A stretch of 62,347 nucleotides of DNA, filler included, from Sphacelaria rigidula (lineage: Eukaryota), in assembly GCA_964200075.2 (NCBI GenBank). It is 7 parts of 7 records of this genome, joined end to end, with 100 filler letters (N's around TTAATTAATTAA, not from the genome) between each part and the next. Parts side by side here need not be neighbours in the genome. Positions count along the whole stretch, not along the records: positions 44,608 to 53,427 come from CAXNAA020010026.1; positions 53,528 to 62,347 come from CAXNAA020010027.1; 5 more parts are not named here. One strand, 5' to 3'. The stretch's first letter is position 1. Each line of letters begins with the position of its first letter. Under the pieces are notes generated by a model. The model was not told the DNA's origin, did not search any database, and was given only the letters and a program-made list of their open reading frames with translations. The position numbers and the translations under genes were made by a program. Shown here in pieces: positions 47,690 to 59,900 of the stretch.

Positions 47690-49799
47690 CGTCGAGAGAG
47701 GAGCAACTCAGGCAGTTCCGGCAGAGAGCAAGCAGCTCTCGCAAGGTTTTAACACGCCACAGTACGGTGACAGCTGCAGCACACGAAAGACCCGTGAGGG
47801 TGTGCGGAGTACAATAAAGCGTGGCATGTCCCATGTTTTAGTTCTTCGCCTGATTTGGAATAGGTCCTCAAGCGTTCACAATCGGGAGACGATTTTGAAC
47901 GCTTGACCGACATTTCGGGCCGGTTCATTTTTTAGGGGGTGGTTTTCGTAAAAAAATCGTCACAATTTTTGTCTCATACTAGAGAGCTTTTTGTCACCAC
48001 CGGTTCAAAATTTTCTATAATAAATTTGGAGCGGCTTCCATAAGATTGACCTTATTTCATCACATGGGATATTTTTTTTCATCTTGAATTTTCCACTCGA
48101 TTCGAGTGTTAACACTGTTATCAGGATCTTTAGCGGGGCTGACGGTCCCAAGCGTATACGAGTAGCGCGCGCATAACACGTTTGTCCAAATTTGCGCCGC
48201 AGGAGACAATTTGAGGTCTTCTATCGGACACCATGCCTGGATCACTCTCTGCGCCACCCCTTGCCGAGGGTTGACGATATGTCTTCGGTTCGAGTTAGAG
48301 CTAGAGCTAGCGTTATTTTACAAGCATAATTTCAGAGAACGTTCTTCAAAGTGTCATATTACGGATGGATAACCGAACCCGGCTGGTCTCATCAGGTAGG
48401 GGTTCTCGGGAACAAATTGCCATATAAATGCTGAACATCCCACCAATTCGTCAAGTAGGCGTGTTGTGTCTCAACACTTTTTGTACTCAAAACCTGGCTA
48501 CCGTACGGTAGGCGGTATAAGGAAATCTGACCGGAGGTGGATGTCAATGGGTTGACCTATTGACCGCCCGAGCGGGCACGGTGTTACATTAACCGCGCAG
48601 GTTGGAGCTGTCCGTGCCGGTCCTAAACCGCTCAAAAATCGATCCCGACGCGAGGGCAAGGTGCCCACAGCCCTTGCAGGGCATGTGCACCAATTTTTGA
48701 GAGAAAAAAAATGACATTGTTTTCACTAAAAAAACGAACGTAACACCCAGATGACCAGCCCTCAAGATCGAACGGTCTGACTGGGAATGTCACTTGCACG
48801 TTGTCAAGTTGTGTTTCGCCTACAGAACGAAAGCCTGCTTCAGGAAATTCCCTACCCCAACTACTTAGTTGCGGCAGCAGCAATATGTTTTGTGCACTTT
48901 GGCCATGAGTGAAGTGAGACGTGCAAAATGGCCTGCCGAGTGCATATCCGCTTGAAACCGACGCACATTCAATCCCACCCCGGTTGCCTCAAGTCCAATC
49001 CCCCACGCTCAACTTGACTTGACTTGAGGGCTACAACAGGGCGCGACAGATGTTGAGAATTTAGTAGTCAAGAATCTCAGGCTCGTTTTTTCTTTTCTTC
49101 AAATTAAAGAATTTACGGGTAAGCATCTGTGCTGAACTCAAGGGGAAAATAAGAATTAGAAATCGGAAGTGCAAGGGGGTCGGCAGGTAATAATTTGTAA
49201 CAATGCACTGCACCTCAGGATAATGATAAACTGCCTCCACAACCACCACGGCTACATCAGGTCCCCAAGCAAGCTGCCTCCTCCCTTAAACTGGCAAACA
49301 ACATTGATCTCCACTGGGATACCCCATGTATAATGACAATCTGTACAAAACTCGTACTGCACCGTACTGTACTGTATCTTGTTCCGATTTTGTTTTCCGG
49401 AACAAGACTGGTTTTCGTACTGCTTACTGCTGGCGAACGGTACAGTCCTGTTGTACCTACAGTCCCTTTTGGCAGAGGATGAGAGTAGTGGGTACCTTGG
49501 ATGCCCCCTACTCCTATGCGTGTGCAAAATTAGAACTTTGGAATCGAGCATTTGACATTTTGCACCTCTTCGAAAAAAAATAATGTGGATTCAAGCATTT
49601 TTTTTTGCTGAAATCGGAGAGAAAGTAAGACCCCGAGCCTCGTTCCGAGTAAGAGTTGCTGTAAACATATGTTGCGCTCTGTACGAGTGCTTTTCGCGCG
49701 AAACAACATACAGCACGCCTGACTACACGAACCCTTCGCGGCGAGAGTAGGTCATCTCTTGAATCGGCACCAATTTCACCTGAAAGTAGTATGAAATAT

Positions 49800-50155
49800 G
49801 CCGGTCGCCCCGGTGGCTCATTTGGTCACCTCGAAACCTTATAACGGTCGGGTCGTGGGTTCAAATCTCGCAGCGATCTGTATTTTTTTCTCACGCCATG
49901 CCTAACAGTGGAGAGCGACTATCTCGTGGGTACACAAAATTCGACCTAATGGTCGACGAGGGAAAGGGACTGCTGAACCCCTCTCACGATAAAAAATGAA
50001 AGCGAGCACCGCAGAAGGAAGGCGAGGTACTAAAAACAAATGAAAAATAAAAAGCTCCTGTGTTGAACTTCCTCTTGTGTGACCCCGGCTGGTGCGCCCA
50101 CATATACCTAGAGGTGTAGACCGGCGTCCAGAATAGTTGGGACGACAACACAAAC
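49800..50155 (+). mobile_element. Full-length tRNA-derived SINE
   Basis: Colinear with 36203-36563. A box TGGCTCATTTGG, B box GGTTCAAATCT. Possible TSD AAATATG/AAACATG. Confidence 0.9.
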
Positions 50156-50545
50156 ATGATCCAGATAGACTACCCTTGCAGTCGAAGGGTCAGAGACCGC
50201 GAGGATAGTCCATCTGGATCATGGATGCTACCTTCAGGTAAAATCGATGCCGATTCAACAGATTACCTACCATCGCGGTCTCAGGGTTAACCCTTCGACT
50301 GCGAGCATGAAGGCAATATTTTGAAGCAGCATCAAATTCACTTGAAAAATGAACGCATGGTCATGTTAACTACTCTTGCGGTCAAAGATTAGAAAATTGT
50401 ATTAAAATTACTTGAAGCAGAACCTCTGGCCGACTTTTAAACCGTTGACCGCCGGGGTGTGCCGTCTGTGCCATTCGTATCATCAATCATTTTCGCTAAA
50501 AAAATGAGCGCAAGAGCCAGATGATCCACCCCAGCCGTCAACGAT
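50155..50545. mobile_element. Cluster of ~100-bp piggyBac-like mini-MITEs
   Basis: Junction TCGCGGTCTCAGGG-TTAA-CCCTTCGACTGCGAG at 50273-50305. Further termini GCAGTCGAAGGG (50178-50189), CTTGCGGTCAAAG and TTAA-ACCGTTGACCGCCGGGG. Confidence 0.55.
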
Positions 50546-50918
50546 GTTACTACCGTCCCACCCTTTGCTCGCCAGGGTGCCCGCCTCCCCGGGTGGCTCA
50601 TCTGCGAAGACGGCATTATTTTTACTCGAAAACCGTTATGACCTCAACTGGCGGGTTCACTGCGAAGATCTCGATATCCTAACTGTGGGACATTCTGTGC
50701 AAGGGAATCAGGTCATGTTTTGACCTCTGCATGGCGCACAGAGTTGTAGATTACTACGAGTACTGACTGCATTTGGAGGCTGGCACTTTACATACGAGCT
50801 GGGCCAGCCTAGAGGCGGATTTGAAGTTTGCAGGCCCATACGCCGGCCAATATCTAGAGTTGGAGCGTGAAATTTGGTATGCACAACGCATAGGGCGTTG
50901 AAAAAATTACGTCAGTAA

Positions 50919-52147
50919 GGCTACTTCTTATTTATCGAAAAAACTCTGTCAGAAAACGCGTTTTCTGATAAATGACCACCAACCCACTTATTATGTGATC
51001 AGAAAACGCGTTTTCTGATAGAAAATTTGCTGATAACATTCTCCGATAGCTCAAAGTTATAGAAAGTCAGGATTTTCCGATAACCTCGGGCTATCGGAAA
51101 ACGTTATTGAAAAAGCGTTTGAACCTTGTTTGAATTACAGCCCACGACAGCACCTGTGACAGCTTGGCTGCCATCACTACTACTACTGCTATCGTTGGTG
51201 CTCGCGGGCATCCAGCGTATTGCATCATTGTCCTTCGCTCGCCAGTAGCGTGGTGGCCCTTTACCGCATGAGAACAGCAGAGGGCAGGGTCGATGGCGAC
51301 TGATGTATAGACACGACAGTCTATGCTGTATGGCCTCCGAACAGCATTGTAGCTCAGTTCATCTCTGTGCACGCAGCGTGTTGTCAACAACAGCCGTCGC
51401 AATGCTTTACAGACTGCCCACGCACCTAAGCCTTGCAGAGACAGGACCGGACTGACAGTACACACGAGACTATGAGATTTGTAGTGCTACTACTGTTGTG
51501 GTAGATCCAACGCATACAACACAACAGTAGTGTCTGTACTGTACAGTGCAGCGAACTTGCAGCTCAGGTGAGGTCTGTGCATGCACCTTGTTGCGAACAG
51601 ACGTCGCTTTGCAGTACAGACTGCCTCCGCACCCAAGCCTTGTAGATACAGGACCGTACTGACAGTACACACAAGAATATGAACAGTGCTACTGTCTGTT
51701 GTAGTAATACAGCCGATGCATGCAATGCAACACTGTTGTTGTGTGTACCGTTGTCCGTGCTGTCGTTTCAGTCAAGTACTACCGTGCAGTGAAAAAACAC
51801 AACCGTCACTTCTACAGTCAGTTCGTACAGCAAAGCGGTGTTCTTATTGATGGTCTTGCGTCACGCAGCCCACCATGTACTATTGCTCAGGCAATGTATC
51901 ACAGTAGTACAGCCAGTCAGTACGGACCGTACACCACGACAGGACAGCAGAGTACTGCGTCTCCCTCGCGCGCCCCAGAATTTGAAATCATGCTTGCACA
52001 TCTCATACAAACGATGGACACTGCGTTTTCAATGTTGATAGTGCATCGATCACGTAAGAAGGGCTAGTTTGAAAAATTCTGTTGGAAAACTTGTTGTTGA
52101 AAAAGGGCTTTTCTGACAACGTGTTTTTCGATACATGAGAAGCAGCC
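50919..52147. mobile_element. 1229-bp non-autonomous PIF/Harbinger-like element
   Basis: Imperfect ~38-bp TIRs GGCT(A/G)CTTCT(T/C)AT.TATCGAAAAA. TAA on both sides (50916-50918, 52148-52150). Confidence 0.82.
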
Positions 52148-54533
52148 TAACAAAAGGTTTTTTTATTATATTTTTCAAGAGTGAAGGGCATTTTACTGAT
52201 ACCTGAAACTGATTATTACCCCTTAACTTATAAAAAAAAAATGGTACCGACGTGATTCTTTTTTTTTTTCCCTATGCGTTGTCCATACCAAATTTTACGC
52301 TCCAACTCTACATATTGGCCGGCGCATTTGCCTTTTAAAAACCGGGTCGGTATAAATTCGGAACAGTATTGCGCAGGCTACACACCGGCCCACGTTTGGT
52401 TCTTGTGTATTGAAATTTTGTGTGGGCCCTCGCTAGGGCATGAACGACGAAACTTAGTGGGTCGGTCTTTCCTTAAATATTCCTTCCACTGGTTTAGGGC
52501 GTTCTAGTATGGTAAAGACCATTTCTTCACGAGAACGCCCCAACCTCTATGAAAATAAAATGAGGGCCCATTTTTTTCTTTATTCGGCACGCCTTCGTGG
52601 TTCTCCATGCAAAGATTCGAATCACAATTCTAAAAGTTGAGCTAAAACATTGAGATAAGGCCTAAGAGCAATGTTTATTTCTCCTCAAAACTCCACTAAA
52701 AACGCGAAAAAAAGGTGACAAGCTGTTTTTTTCATGATTATGCACTAGCGGTTCTTACAAAATTTCATAAAACAACTCTCAAAAATTGAGACGCGATATC
52801 CACATTTAGGGCATCTAGGGCCTCTCCTCGTAATATACTGATTTTAGTATGAAAATGATGTGCGTCATATCTCGAGATACATGACGAAAAAGGTGAAGGT
52901 GAGGGCATCTATCATCTCTCCGTGCTCCAGGGAAGGTCCACACCAGAAATTGTCATCCTCCGCTGAGTGTATCGTTCGGGGTTTCATATGGATTTTAGTT
53001 TGGACGCTATCTCCGTTATGTATAGGAATTACTAGACATGGGGTTTCATCAACGAGAAAATATTGGCCCAGAATTTTGAGCAGATGGGCGCCTTCCCCTT
53101 CATTAGACGATTAATACGATATGCAGATCACGGCCCAACTCGCCTGTGTCGATGAGATATTGCTTTAAGAGCTTGAATCCGTTTTGAGGCTGGCCCGGCT
53201 CGTACACTGACAGGCCTGTACCGGGGGAGAGATGGGTGGATCCCTTGAGACCACGGACTCGTCTTGGGTACTGAAGGGGGAACGGGCGGAGGGGGTGTAC
53301 TCATGATCTTGCATGCCATAGTCAAATGACCTTCGAGGGGGCGGCGAAGGGGGGGGGGGGGGGGGGGGGTCTTTTTTTTGTTGTCTTTTTTGTTGTTACT
53401 TCTCATATCATCTGCACTTTTTCCTGGNNNNNNNNNNNNNNNNNNNNNNNNNNNNNNNNNNNNNNNNNNNNTTAATTAATTAANNNNNNNNNNNNNNNNN
53501 NNNNNNNNNNNNNNNNNNNNNNNNNNNGGGAAGAAACAAATGAGGAAGCCCCCCCCCCCCCCACCCCCCACTCCGGTGGTCATACGTTTTCTTGTTTCAC
53601 GTCAAGAAACACTCCATGAATAGCCATTTGGGGGCGACTTGGGTGAGGTAGCGCCCATGATTGTTGGCCCTGTCTGCCACCACAAGATGCGACGCACATT
53701 GGACGCGAATTGGCGGTGCAGATAGATGCGTTTAGCCTGATTGAGCAAGCATTGCAGAGCGTTGTGGTATTTGTCTGGTCTTGTTCTTGTCGTGGAAGTG
53801 TGATGTGCAATGTATTGCCGAAACCCATAAATATACCTTGGCCTTACTTGGCTCCGAAGGTATGCGAAGAATTAAAGCTTCATCGACACAATTTTCTATT
53901 TGTATATACTTTTTATTTATTTTTTCATTATTTTTTCCCCATTTTTTGTTTCATCAATGTATGGGTTTTAGTCACCCCCTTCCCCCCCGAAAAACTCCAG
54001 GATTGAAAAAAGGGGCATTGGGTCTCGGATTTTTCGGCGGGGGAACTCTCGAGTCGGCCCACTAAAAACGGCCGTCCTTTGCTCCCCATTTCGGGAGGGT
54101 AAAAAACGTGAAGTAAACACGTAGTTGGCCGCCCTCGTCGTCACTGAGGCGTGGTGCTAGGGAGTCCCCAGCCGTTTTAAAGGCCTCATTGGACTTCGCC
54201 ACTCTTTCCAACGGCCCTGCCCTCTTCCGCGCCATTACCCCGGTATGCCGTCATATGTTTTCTGTGTCCCCCAATTCCCATAACATTCCCCAAAAAAAGC
54301 GTTACAAACTGGGGGTATATGTTTGACCTATTTTTGGTATAGAAATATAGCACCATTTTTTCCCACGCCTTTCATAATATAAATAGCTTCGTCTGCGTCA
54401 TGTCTTTCTCATTATCTCAACCATAGCATCGTCGGCACACTCCTGTTGGGAACATATAATCTGCACCCCATGAATCGTTCAAATTATGTCAAGTATAGCG
54501 ATATCTCCTCGGTGACTGCACCTTGAGGACTAC

Positions 54534-55297
54534 CAGTGTTTTTCCTTTTCAATATTATGGAGGTGGTATTTTTGGAGATTAGGCGCCCCAACACAGTACA
54601 CCAGGCGTCCATTGATACTGAAACTTGACGTATGTGTGGACTGAAGCCGCAGGTAGGTGTTGACGCAGCAGCTTCGGTGACCCAGGGCGTTTTGTACGCT
54701 GCGTGGCTTGAAAGGANNNNNNNNNNTGAAAGGATGATTATGCACGATGCTGCAGTGATTCCGGGAACAAGAACACTTTCTGATGCCAGTTCTAGAGGGT
54801 AATGGTATGAAATCCGCGCGGAGACAGGAGTAGATCTTGCCATCTTTGTTGTTTAGATTGCCCTCCTGTTGGTCGAGGCTGGTACCAAGGCCGGAAAAAG
54901 ACGATAGTTTAGGTTCTTCATATGTTAGAGGCAGAAAGATACCCCGGAGTTTTATACGCCATGCCGAGCAAGACGCGGCCCCACAACGCAGCCAAGGAGA
55001 TGAGTGTCTTCTGTCAAGGACCACTGCGGACCTGCTCGGACAGGGGGCAACATCTCCCTCACAGAGCCAGACCTAGCTTGGGCGTTACCACGACGGTCTG
55101 AAAATGTCAGGGGCAGTTGCTGTAGTTTTTTTCTATCAGAATCAATCAGATATTCTTCCGTAGTGTGCTCCCACGTGAAGATATTTACCTTTCTCAGCAT
55201 ATATTAGGCCATGGAGTATGACCGTCTTCGATTAACGCCGCGGATTATGAATTATAATTTCAGTACAATGCCTCCATAACATTGAAAAGGAACACTG
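54534..55297. mobile_element. TIR element with a 4-bp TSD (CTAC)
   Basis: CAGTGTT(TTT)CCTTTTCAAT.TTATGGAGG at both ends in inverted orientation. CTAC at 54530-54533 and 55298-55301. Intact units have a single GGACTACGAGT. Confidence 0.85.
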
Positions 55298-55431
55298 CTA
55301 CGAGTAAGGCCAGCCGTCATCCCATCGGGCACTACGTCGTAATAGTGAAGAAAAGGATGCATGGAACTGAGTTTTTTTGTATAGAAATATAGTACCATTC
55401 TTTGATCAACTTAAAAAAATAATAATATTGA

Positions 55432-56955
55432 CCCTTTTGGAATCCTCCCCTCCTGCCCCCTGGCCAAACGCCTTATTATGAGAAGAGAAGCCCTGACGCA
55501 GAGGAAAACATGGAAACAGAATAGGCCGACGGCAACCATTTTTATAATGGAAGCCAGGAGAAGAATGTCCTCCCTGGAGAATTTGGGTAAGGTTTGTCCA
55601 ATCATACCACGCAACGGATGAAGTGTGTCCAATTGTATCCATCGACAATAACCAGCAAAACCACTATGAAACATTCCATTCAAAAAATAGCAATGGGCTC
55701 CAGGGTCCAACCTGGTACGTTTGTATATTAGCATTTGTACATACGGGAAGCACCGCTTTGACGGGCTGCAGCATCGGGTGGCGAGTTTGCCAAGCCACAC
55801 CGTACATATAGCACAGTACGGCTGAATCCAGCGGAATCCCCGTCACCACATGTGGAAGGCACAGTGGGTTCTGCGGGCGGTACATGGCGGGTGTAATCGC
55901 AGGCGTCCGAACAGGCGATATACATGTACACGGGAGGGAGTCGACGGACACCGCCTACCGTAATCAGGCCAGATGAAAAACACTACAGTCAGTAAATACA
56001 GTAGGTTACAGTATTGACTTGCGGCTGCATTCCGTGCAAGATAAATATGGGCATGTCGTAAAAAGTCGGCCACGAGAGTAGACGGCACGAGACGATAGCG
56101 GTAGCCGGCGTCATGAATCTCATGCAGCATGAAGTATATATATGCAACGGTCGGGAACGATCAACCCGCGGTATAGATGTGGTGGGGCAACTGTGCCTTT
56201 CGCTACGCCGTTGTGTGATAGTCAGCTCGAAGTATGATGTTGTCGGCATGTACTTGGCAGAGCGCAGTTCTTTGCATGCCCCGCGTTTTACAGAGATAAT
56301 TTCAAAATACAATACAGACATGACACGAAGCAGTAAGGTATCACCCCTGGGGCGACGGCACTTGGCAGACTCTACACCACAGTGACGGTGCATAACTGCA
56401 GGGCACATGGCGTCTGCGTCGCCTTTACCCATTTTTCAAAGGGCGGGATGGTGCTGTCGGAACGCGCATAAGCGCGATGTGGTGCATGACGTGAGTCTGC
56501 AGTCGAGATTACCCCGAACTGCTGTAAACACACCCAGTACTGTACAGGGCAGTGTCGCAGCACCCCCGGCGGCACGGAAAGGTGACTGCCTGGGATTACA
56601 TACCGCCAGGTCATACATTTAGCGAATGTGCCATCGGCGTTGCCCTTGTTGCTATGACACTGCAAAGAGTATAAACTGCAGCGGGCAGGGCGTGCAGGTC
56701 AGGCGGGAAGCATGTTTCACAGAGGCCTGCCGCGCACTGTGGCCGGGCAAGGACCTCATGAGTGTAGAAAAAAAAGCCTACGGACCGCAGCAAGAAAATA
56801 GGAAACCTTCTCTTGTTCCACTCGTCACTCGTACGGATCTGAAAAATACGCGCTTGGCCAAAATTGTTGCGTCTAAGCTATGAACCATCAACCATATCTT
56901 GCTCAAAAACCGTCAATTGCAAATGATCAATTTTCCATTGTGAGTTCCAAAAGGG
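55432..56955. mobile_element. 1524-bp non-autonomous piggyBac-like element
   Basis: TTGA-CCCTTTTGGAA ... TTCCAAAAGGG-TTAA. The uninterrupted unit junction reads AATAATAATC-TTAA-CAGCTTCG. Confidence 0.82.
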
Positions 56956-59900
56956 TTAATAGCTTCGTCTGCATCATGTCTTCATCATTATCCCAACAAT
57001 AGCATCGTCAGCACACTCCTGTTGGGAACATATATTCTGCACCTCATGAATCGTTCAAATCATATAAGTATAGCGATATCTACTCGGTGACTGTGCCATG
57101 AGGACTACGAGTGAGGCCAGCCGTCATCGCATCGGGCACTACGTCGTAGTAGCGAAGAAAAGGATGCATGGAACTGAGTTTTCTTGTATAAAAATATTTC
57201 ACCATTCTTTTATCAACTCTAAAAAATAATAATCTTAACAGCTTCGTCTGCATCATGTCATTCTCATGATCCCAACCATAGAATCGTCAGCACACTCCTG
57301 TTGGGGAGATAAAATATGCACCCCATGAGTTGCTCCAACCATGGAAGTATAGCGACATCTCCTGAGCGACTGTACCACGGGGACTACGAGTAAGGCCAGC
57401 CGTCATCACATCGGGCAATTGTAGCGAAGAAATGGAACTGAGAATCGGGGGACTTGGTCGGCGGGGCTTGCATTTTGGATCGCGGCTTTATTTGTTTTTC
57501 ATACGCCTGTTCAAGACCACACACTGTAGGCCAATATCGCTAGCTTTCAATGGAAGGGGTGGAGCAGGACGCGAGTGTTTGGGCTCTACTTTTTTCGCTT
57601 TTTTTATGGGGTGGCTTGCAGGTCGTCCGTAGCTTGTGAGTACCTGGCTTGTTTGGTGCTTCCACAGGATACAGTACAGTACATACAGTTATACCCCTTG
57701 CTACATGCACGTACAGGTACGTGGCTGCTTCAGCGCACAGCCACATGCTGTCATTTGCAGCACGGAATCGCCAGCTTATATTTGGGGAACCGAAGCCGCT
57801 GAGCTCCACACAGGTGTATCACAAAATGTGTTTGAAGCCAGATGCTTTAATCTCCTGTACACCGCCGCCAGGGGTTTGGGGGGGGACGCGCCCTGTACCG
57901 CAATATATCATGCCTCGCTGAACATCGATAATCCAGCAATTCTCGTACTGAGATCGGCTTTTGATCGGTCTAAGCGTGTAATGTCCTCAGCCCCACAACA
58001 GTATATAATGTCTGCACAGGGTTCAGGGCACGCTGACGCTGACTAAGGACCGTTTTCGAAGGAACAACGGGGTAGCGAGTGTCTCACTTCTTGATCTAAC
58101 GACACTACGGTCGTTCCATACAAAGTACGAGTACAAAATTGGTTTTTGTGTGGCCGTTTCCCTGGATACCGGTGCCATTTGTATGCCACTGCGCGCCCGC
58201 GACCATTAGCGTACTCACCACTGCCCTCTCCACTTACCCAGGTAGGGCGAAACCCTTCGTTGCCCGAGGGTTCACCGTCTGCCTCCGTTGGGGTCAGGGT
58301 TTAGGTCTACGGTTTGGTCAGCGCGCAGGATTATTTCTACAGTATAATATAAAGAACAGGACCGGGCTCAGGCATAGTACAAGTAGTATTGCCAGTTGCA
58401 CTTTGAACTTTGAAGGCGTTCGATTGAAATTAGTAGTACTAAAATATCGTAGGTACACACACTAGAGACGAAACATCCAGCATCGTGAAGCGCGTCGGTC
58501 TGTTATTGGGCCGAGGGAGGCACGGAGACTACCCATCTGCAAACCTTGGCAGAAGCAGTTTCTCTTCATGTGCACTGCACCTCTTTTTTGTGTGTGCACC
58601 AACAATCAGGTATGCTCCTCGCTACCGTGCTGTACAGTGATGTGTCAAAACATTGCTGCTGGATAGGCCATTGCGGTATCAACAGTTCCTCGAGGAAACC
58701 GACCGTTGTGAGATGGAACACAGAGTACGGTACCGACTGACTGTTGTGCTATGGACTCTTGTCCTATCAAGCAATCTAAAACGATTCAGTCAAAACAGCT
58801 GTCGGTGTTGTACAGTGCATGGTACCGCTCGTCAGTACACTCGCTCCACTCTGCTGTACTGCGATGTTTGGGCACGCAAATAGATAAGCCGGAACAAGGA
58901 CGAGGCGCGCCACACCCGTACTGCTTTATATGTCGGAAGCTTTCAATGCCTGCTACGTAGAGTCGGCAGCGAAGCACAAGGCAGACCCGGATATATGCGA
59001 CTGCAAGTATACAGAGATCCCGAAGAGGTTAACGTCCCAGCTAGCTCACCTTCTTGCGGTCATTTTGATCAGAGATACCTAGCTCCGGGAAGTCGATAAC
59101 GGAAAGCTTCGACAGAGTATCAGGAGAGTTGATTCCCTGTGCAGAGAAGATGGGCACTGCATAGCCCAACCCGATACCCTCCAGCCAATTGTCTACAAGT
59201 CCCATCTACGGAGCCGGTAGGCAGCGGCACCGCTTTTGGCGCGATAATTCGTTGATTCTTTGCGGGTATGTCTCCGTAGTGACGCACAGCGCACAGCACG
59301 CCAACGAGAGCACCAGATGAGTTTGCTCGCTTCTATCTACGCACACGTAGCAAGCGTCGATAGGAATCTAGTGTGATAATGTTTGGATGCCGTATGTCCC
59401 GTGTCCGAACTGTTGCTGAAAGCATAGTAGAGTTGGCAGGCCTCAACACACGGATTTTTTATACGGTTTTCAGACACATATTTCCCCAGTTTTGTTCAGA
59501 CCCGCGATCGCGACCATCGCCCACCGGAGTATGACATTCTAGCATATGAGATGAAAACCCTTAAAACTGACTTTATTCGCACTACGCGACTACTGTATAT
59601 AGTTGCTCCGCCACTCACCCACCACTATAGTAGCCTACCAGATAGCCTTATCGAGCAAATGATTGTAGGTTTTAATGACCCCCGGCGCGACATTATTTGC
59701 ACCCACCGACAGGGAAATTCATCCCAGCTACATAACCCCGTCATTGTGTGCAACTACTCCCACTATGCGAGGTCTCCCTTGGCTTTACAAAACGCAATTA
59801 TTGTCGCTATGCTATCGAACATCACATGCATATTATCGTGACAGAGAAGCTCATCATGCTGATGTGCGTCAGTTGAAGTGGATCTGCCTCCACGATGATA

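Larger units (their letters stand above)
54333..57443. repeat. ~280-bp tandem array (about 3 units) split by two insertions
   Basis: Unit TAGCTTCGTCTGC..CACACTCCTGTTGGG..GGACTACGAGT.AGGCCAGCCGTCATC..ATGGAACTGAG at 54384-54533+55302-55431, 56960-57240 and 57241-57443. Confidence 0.9.

Noticed and set aside
44914..53316. Scaffold 6 as one large element bounded by inverted GGCATGCAAGATCATGAGTACACC
   Set aside because: Both copies adjoin poly-C/poly-G tracts where short-read assemblies break. Two copies of a dispersed repeat is the simpler explanation, and there is no TSD or transposase.
56960..57030. Hammerhead ribozyme/retrozyme in the 280-bp unit (minus-strand CTGACGA)
   Set aside because: There is no correctly placed GAAA or stems, and the motif is CCGACGA in another unit. 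An Infernal scan would settle it.
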